Assembly: GCA_964016885.1 (NCBI GenBank)
Contig: OZ024749.1
Location: forward strand, 52,080,001-52,144,000
Origin: Eledone cirrhosa
Lineage: Eukaryota
Length of the DNA stretch: 64,000 nucleotides
Reading direction: 5' to 3'
Shown here: one piece after another, positions 35,126 through 64,000 of the stretch
How positions within the stretch are numbered: the first letter of the stretch is position 1
Layout of the letters: each line of letters begins with the position of its first letter
Translations under genes and position numbers: made by a program
Notes under the pieces: model-generated
The model's input: only the letters and a program-made list of their open reading frames with translations
Told to the model about the DNA's origin: nothing
Database searches by the model: none

Positions 35126-38100
35126 CAATGTTCAATATACAGCAATCTGACTGGACTTTAAAATAAAACCAGAAGTTATGAAGCCAGGATGTGACAAGGG
35201 GCCATTTTAACAGTCTTGTTAAAACAGTATTCAATATCTTCCATCTAAATATTTAACTGAGCTGAAGACCTTATTTAAACATATATACGTGTGTGTGTGT
35301 GTGTGTGTATATACACACACAATAAAATAAGTGAATCATAATTGGTGGGTATGTATTTCAAAAACTGCAAAGTTTCTCGTTTTAATAATTACTAGCAGTA
35401 GCAAGATGTTGCGCAAGTTAATGAATTTAGAAATTTTCATTCTAACTGAATTTCTTTGGGGTTTTTTAAATATCAGATCATTTGAGTAAGATATAAAATG
35501 GCTATCAAATTATACTTAAATAAACTCTTACATATTGAGGGGGGGGGGAAAAAAAAAAAAAAAGTTAAAATGACCGTTTTAAAAATATAAAAAAAAAAAT
35601 TAAGATAGATATATATATAGACAAAAAAAAAAAAAATAACCACTAACATTTTATTTGTTAGTGTAGAGTAGTTAAAAGAGAGGGTTGGCAGCAGGAAATT
35701 GAAGTTTCAACCAAATAATAAATCTAACCTTGAGTGGTGAAAAAAAAAAAAAAAAAAAAAAAAAATCCATTTACATAAAGGTGAACTTGGATAATTAAAA
35801 AGGATATTTTTTACTAGATTATCTTCAGTATACTTAGATAAGATGCATGGTCCCACAACTATCAACGTGGCATTAAAAAAAAAAATTTGGCAGAGCCCAT
35901 CTCTCTCTCCAGGTCTGAATACAGCAGATTTCTTCCAGAGAAGGAGATATAGAGGAAGAATCGACCCCAGTACTTGACTGGTATCTTCTTTCATTGACCT
36001 GGAATGGATGGCAAAATTGACCTTGTTAGATTACATATTTTTCTTCAATATGTATAGTTAATAAGAAGTCCTTAAGACAAATGTTTTTTTCAGTAGCAGA
36101 ATGTTCCCTTTTACAAGCAACTTAAACAATAACTTATTTTGTATTTGTAATTACTGGTATCACAGCCAAATTTTGTCATTATTCATAAAAATCATTTTCT
36201 ATATAACTAAACTTCGAAACAAAGAAGAATCATGTTTGGACAAACGGTTTCTCAATGATATGGACGGAAGGTGATTTACCAAAATTTTAAAAGTGATTAA
36301 ATTCTTTGGCTAAGTAAGGAAGTAAAACTAAAATAAATTTATTTTACATAAGTGTCAACATCAAGCCAGAGACGGAAGGCTTCATATAATGTTTTGTTTT
36401 TTTAAGCATCACAACCACTCATGGCCAAGATACGAAACTAAGGTGCTAGACAATCCATTCCTCTCTTACACTGACACATCTATAGAAATGTTTAAAAATT
36501 TCTATAATTATTTTTTTAAATATATAATTAATATGCAAAAGTAAAAGTTATAAAAACTTGGCTGTATAGAAACTGACTGCGTAAGTGTTGCAAGTAAAAA
36601 GCGCAAATATGTGTTGTGTGTTTAAAAAATCATTTTGATCAGGAAATCTTAATGAATTTAACAGACAGGTTGTGAAATCTAAAAATATCGAAGGGTTTAA
36701 ACAAAAAAAAAAAAAAAAAGGGTAATGAGATAGATACAATGTGGTATAGTAATTTAGAAATTTAAGATTTATATTTTCAAGGTTTAATAAGTTTTTTTTT
36801 CTAATCTTATCTTCTAGAGAATTTAGTTTACTAAAAATAATGTACTATCAATTTCACAGCTGCCAACTTAAAATCCTTTTAATAACTGGAAAGAAAATGG
36901 TATAGTACTATTATAAAGAATATTAATATATCTTTTTTTATTATTATTAATAAAAAATATGACATGTCACTAACTAAAGACAGGTCAGCCAACAAAATAA
37001 TGCACGCAATAAAAAAAAGTGCAAGTGAACTTCAGAAGAAATATAGCCACTTTTTATTGACTAGGTGACAAAGAAGATTCTGTACAGGTAGGAAACTAAT
37101 AATAATAATAAAAATAATAATGGAAAAAAAAAAAAAAAAGGTAAAATGAAAATAAAACGGATAAAATAGAGTCAGAGAAGTTAATTACAAATCAAGTAAC
37201 TTTTCTAGCCAATAATATCCATGTATTTTTTCAGTTAGAATTGACAGTTAATAAACATGGCTGGACGTCCTTTTTGTTAAAGCTTAAAAGGCCACAGAGT
37301 TGATAAAACATGGAAAACATTAGCCCATAATTTTTGGTATTTTTTTTTCTTTTCTTTCTTTAAATAAATCATCAATACTTACATAACTAATTAGTAACCT
37401 ACCTTGAAGATTATGAGAATACTTTGTGTTTTTTTTTCCTTTATAATTCTATTCAACTCTAAAAGATGGTGGCATGCAAGATATTTTTTTTTCTTAAAAC
37501 TAGCTGTGTGTATGTGTATTTGTTTCAATAAAACAAAAAAAAAAAAAATAAAAAAGATAATTTTAAGAAACTATCAAGAGTAAAATACAGGTTTAGCCAT
37601 AATAATTGCAATTTTCAAATGTTTTTATCTTTATCTTTTCTTTTCTGTCCAATTTAGAAGTAATGGATGTGTATAAATAAGATACATGTTTGAGGTTTAC
37701 ATTGTATTTGAAAACTTATTATATACCTGATGTACGTATTGCAATAGTGACAGCCCATCTATTAATGTTGTGCTGAACAGAAAACACAATTTATACAATC
37801 TGTTCACCCCCAAAAGTAAGGAAACATTTGTTTAAACAAACGTTTCCTCAACTGACATTACACCAACCTGCTGCCAATGAATGCAAGTTTCTGTTGTAGA
37901 GAAACTATTTGTACATCTCTGTAAAAACCCTAGCCATGTACATATGTTACACTAAAATTTCATTAATTCCACTGTCAGTTTTTATTGTACATGCTAGTGA
38001 ACTTTAAATTACAAAATAAAAAAAAAATAATAAAATTACAATCATTATTGCTAAGCCTGTATATATAGCATGGACAGAAAAATTATATATATATTCTTTG

Positions 38101-40064
38101 TATAGTTAACTTACACTAGTAAATTTTAGCTTTCACCCAGCTCTTCGTTCAATATCACACAGTTGATAAGAGAGGCACACTCACAAGAGAGTGGTATAGA
38201 GACCATATAGCAGTCAGTCTTTTTTCATTCAAGAATATCCTGAAATATTTCACAGCATTTCAATCAGCCAATGTTAAAAGAAATAGCACCTTCACACTTG
38301 GTAAACAGTCAGTCAGACATACAATCATACAAATTTATATTTCAAATTTACAATCACCACCTCCATTCTTCATGTTCACATTTCAGAGAATATAAACACA
38401 CATTCCCAAATTTTATTTTTTTCCCTTTTTTTTTTGTTTTTTGTTTTGTTTGTTTTTTGTTGTTTTTTTTTTGACATCTTTAATATTTCATATCACCAAA
38501 ATCTAATACTTCCAAATCAGCCATTTTCTGAAAAGGATAAAGACATTACAAGTCAAGTTTGACACTGTATAAACTAGTTTGGCCACATTTTACGGTAGTA
38601 AATTTTGAAGCCAGAAAATGCCTATTCTTTTCTAAAGAATTATGTCAGAAAGAGATAGATAGATAGACAGATAGATAGATAGATAGAGATGACTAATAAA
38701 ATTAGTAACTAGTTAGCAAATTCATCAACAATGAATTGCTACTGTAATTAATGAAGTGGATCATATACAGAGAAGGAATCTAAATAGTCTCTTTGGTAGA
38801 TACACAAGTAATGTGTCAATAAACAGTTTTACTGGAGCATCACACATGAAGATCGGTGGTAGTAGTAGCAGTTGTAGTAGTTGTAACTACTTTGCAAGGT
38901 TGGGCCTGCAAAGAAATTTAATATAATGCTACCTACCACCATCAGGTGAGAATAGAAAACATGATACCACTACCACTTCCTTAGTTAACTTATTAATTTT
39001 TAGAAAGAGCAGCTGGAATGTTTTATAAACTATTAAAGAAGAAAGTTCTAGAGTAACTTTTCATTTTAATTCTTTTTTTGCTTTTTTTAAGAACCCTTAT
39101 ATCATTCAATTTTTTAGCAACAATGCACCATCAGCACCAACATTCACAACTTAGTTTCAATACATTCTGCAGAGAAATCACATCATCATAAAAATTTACT
39201 AGATGGATTGATGATAAAAAAAAAATATATATAATAATGAGAATAATAATAATAATGACGACGATAATGTTAATAATAATAATAATAATAATAAATAAAG
39301 CTAACACATACACAAATATCAATGATAACTAATAAATTTAGCAATTATCACATTTGCCAAAATTTCTTAAAATTTTTAAAGTTCAAGAACAATGGGATAG
39401 GGATCCCTATATGTGTCCAACCAGTGCTGATATGAGGTTAGCTACTACAAAGCCCACTGATCAAAAATAGAAAACTTTGCTTTCACGGTTGTTCCTCTAC
39501 TCAGCCACACTAAGAAAAGCAAACCAATTCCTGACTAATTTTCTCAAATCTTTTTCGTTTAAAATTTCTCCTTTGTCAAAAAATATTGACATTTGCACAG
39601 TTTTCAATTGACAATATATTCTTTCCTTTTTTTTTTTCTTCTTCCTTTTTTAATTTTTTTTAACCTTATATATATCTTTAGATTGCAAATGATAGAAATT
39701 AAAAGCAAAGATTTGAGAGAGAGAACAGATGAACCTATGGAAGACAGAAGACCCCACTGAAATAACTATTTCTAATTTAAAAGAAGAGAAAACAACTGTC
39801 TTCCTATATATTATATATTCACACATATATGCACATACATACATACATATATAACCATCAGAGAAAAAAAAGGAGGCATTGGCATAAAGTCAATGTATGT
39901 ATATATATATGTATGTACATATACATACATACTTATATATATAACCAACAGAGAAAAAAATGGAGGCTTTGGCATTAAGTTACACTATGTATGTATATAT
40001 ATATACACACACACATTCATACATACAAACACAGACACACACACATTCATACATACAAACACAG

Positions 40065-40112
<48 letters not shown>

Positions 40113-40514
40113 AATTTTTCCCTTCCTTCAAACAGATGTATATTCCAAACAGTATAGAACTGTATTTCCACAGTGAATAAAGAAAAAGAAAATTGATGAA
40201 GGAATAATGAAGCCAAGTAATGCCTTACAAGTCTCATTTCTTTAAATGTATCTTTTAAACTCAAAGAACAAGAAATCAATTATAACTTAAAGAAGGAATA
40301 ATAAGAAAAAGTAAAAACAATTGCAACCTAAGAAAGAATTAGAGTATGTATAGCATAGCATAGTAGTTCTCCTGTATTTGGATAGAAAATAAATAAAATG
40401 TAGAATTATAATAAAAAGAATCCTTTAATCTAGTAGGTATGAATGCTGTTAAATTATGGAATTATATAAAACATAGCATCTACAACCAGCAGGCATATAT
40501 TTAAGAGGAAGTTA

Positions 40515-40621
40515 TTAACCTTCAGCACGCTCTAGGCGCATTGTCACCATTAGAGTAACCTCCCCTTAATACAGTGTCAAGGGAAGTAATTCATAAAACT
40601 TTCTAGCGTGCTGAAGGTTAA
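40515..40621. mobile_element. 107-bp TTAA-bounded mini inverted-repeat element in the putative importin 3' UTR
   Basis: TTAACCTTCAGCACGCT (40515-40531) and AGCGTGCTGAAGGTTAA (40605-40621) form a perfect 17-bp inverted repeat. Confidence 0.6.
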
Positions 40622-41054
40622 GGGAGGGTTTTTTTGTCTTACATTGATAACAATGTGATTAAAGCTGGAGAGTATAAAAAAAATTAAAATACCAGCGACA
40701 TACAATTTTAAAAAATAAAAAAATTGATGGGTCCAAATGCTATTTGAAATACCTTACAATAAAAAAAAAAAACAAAAAAAAAAAACAGGTGAACTTAAAA
40801 AAACAAACAAACAAACAAACGAGTCTTGCATTGCCTAAAGAAAATAGAAATTATTTGTGTGTATATATGTGTTTGTGTGTATGTATGTATATGTATATAA
40901 ATATATTTATTTATTTAAGACATTAAAAGTTTAAGCAAACAATTTACACTTACACTCTAAAGCAAGGATCTTCAGTAGATCCCGCTTTAGAGTCTAAGCA
41001 GAAATTGTTTGCATATACTTTTAAATATTTGCTCTCCGGGTTTATATACACTTA

Positions 41055-41094
<40 letters not shown>

Positions 41095-41575
41095 ACCCTC
41101 ATCAAGTCTGCTTTGGATTTTGGTTTGGTCTTTGTATTTATTATTATTACTATATATATATATACATACATATATACACACACACATATATATATATATG
41201 TGTATGTATGTATGTATGTATATATATATATATACATACATACATAGAGAGAAAGAGAGAAACCTGCTTCCTAACAGAACAGATTCTTAGAATTAAAAAT
41301 TTACTTTTACAGAAAAGAAAAACAATGAATTTTTTAAATTAAAAATTAAAATTGGGGACTGAAATATTGTTGCTTCCCATCACTATTAGAGCCAAACTTC
41401 ATACAATAATTAAAAAAAAAAAACTCTAAACAGAAGATAGGCAACAGAGGGGAAGGGGGACAAGCAAAAAAAAATAAAAATAAACATAATTGTTGTAAAT
41501 AGAAGCTGTTGCTGCTGATGAGTGTTTCTTTGTTTTTTGTTTTGTTTTTTAAACTGCAGTAAAGGATGTAGAAAA

Positions 41576-41624
41576 GTAGAAGTTGTAGAAGTAGTAGTAG
41601 TAGTAGTAGTTGCAGTAGTAGTAA

Positions 41625-41655
<31 letters not shown>

Positions 41656-41670
41656 CATAGTCGTAGTAGT
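41576..41670. repeat. (GTA)n microsatellite in the importin 3' UTR
   Basis: Direct inspection. Confidence 0.9.
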
Positions 41671-41786
41671 TGTATGTTTATCCCCAAAACTGATTCCAGA
41701 TATCTTTCAAGTTGCTTCTGCTTCCAACAGTGCTTATATATATGTATATATATTAACGTATGCACAGCAGAGGGATAGTATCAGTT

Positions 41787-63652
<21,866 letters not shown>

Positions 63653-63768
63653 CTTTATCAATAAATTTAAATAAAAGTATGACCTTCTAAAAAGTTTCGA
63701 AGGGATTTCAAAATGCCGGCCTTCTCATCACGCAGAGTATAACAAGGCGAGATATAAGGCTGTATTTG

Positions 63769-63773
63769 ATTGG
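63769..63773 (-). promoter_or_regulatory. CCAAT box upstream of the importin-alpha start codon
   Basis: GATTGG on the plus strand (CCAATC on minus), about 120 nt upstream of the ATG in a locally GC-richer stretch. Confidence 0.35.
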
Positions 63774-64000
63774 CTATCTAAAGCGAGGTTGGCCAGTCTG
63801 CCATGTGGTACCATACATTTCTTTCAAATCAACTACAGTTGTTTTGTGCCCATGGCCACTTTTTTTTTATTTCATCTAAATTACATAGTTTCATTACTTT
63901 CTTTTACGTGATAAGTAAACAGCTATGGTTATTTAACAAGTAAAGTAATATCGTTTGTAAAAGTAGTGATTTACTAATAATAAATAAATATCTATTCATT

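Overview
This is AT-rich eukaryotic DNA, dense in introns and repeats. The SINE, RTE and microsatellite content suggests an octopod cephalopod (inferred, not checked against a database). I reconstructed three spliced genes by hand from GT-AG boundaries. (1) The 5' part of an axonemal inner-arm dynein heavy chain (DNAH6-like), minus strand, 36 coding exons between 23207 and 295 (about 1797 codons through AAA2), running off the left edge; a candidate RFX X-box lies at 26040. (2) A small plus-strand gene missed by the ORF track (27871-33840): four exons including 13-nt and 18-nt coding pieces, encoding a 111-aa protein that is Pro/Tyr-rich and then His/Gly-rich, with a TATA box and an E-box upstream. 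(3) A complete importin alpha-3/4 (KPNA3/4-like) gene, minus strand, 14 exons from 63652 to 41787 (515 aa), with an 11.4-kb first intron and probably a very long 3' UTR. Introns carry tRNA-derived SINEs, RTE LINE fragments, TTAA- and TA-type MITEs, a non-autonomous Helitron and minisatellites. They also carry (TA)n-anchored Penelope-like remnants with hammerhead-ribozyme motifs, several of them folded into long near-perfect palindromes.
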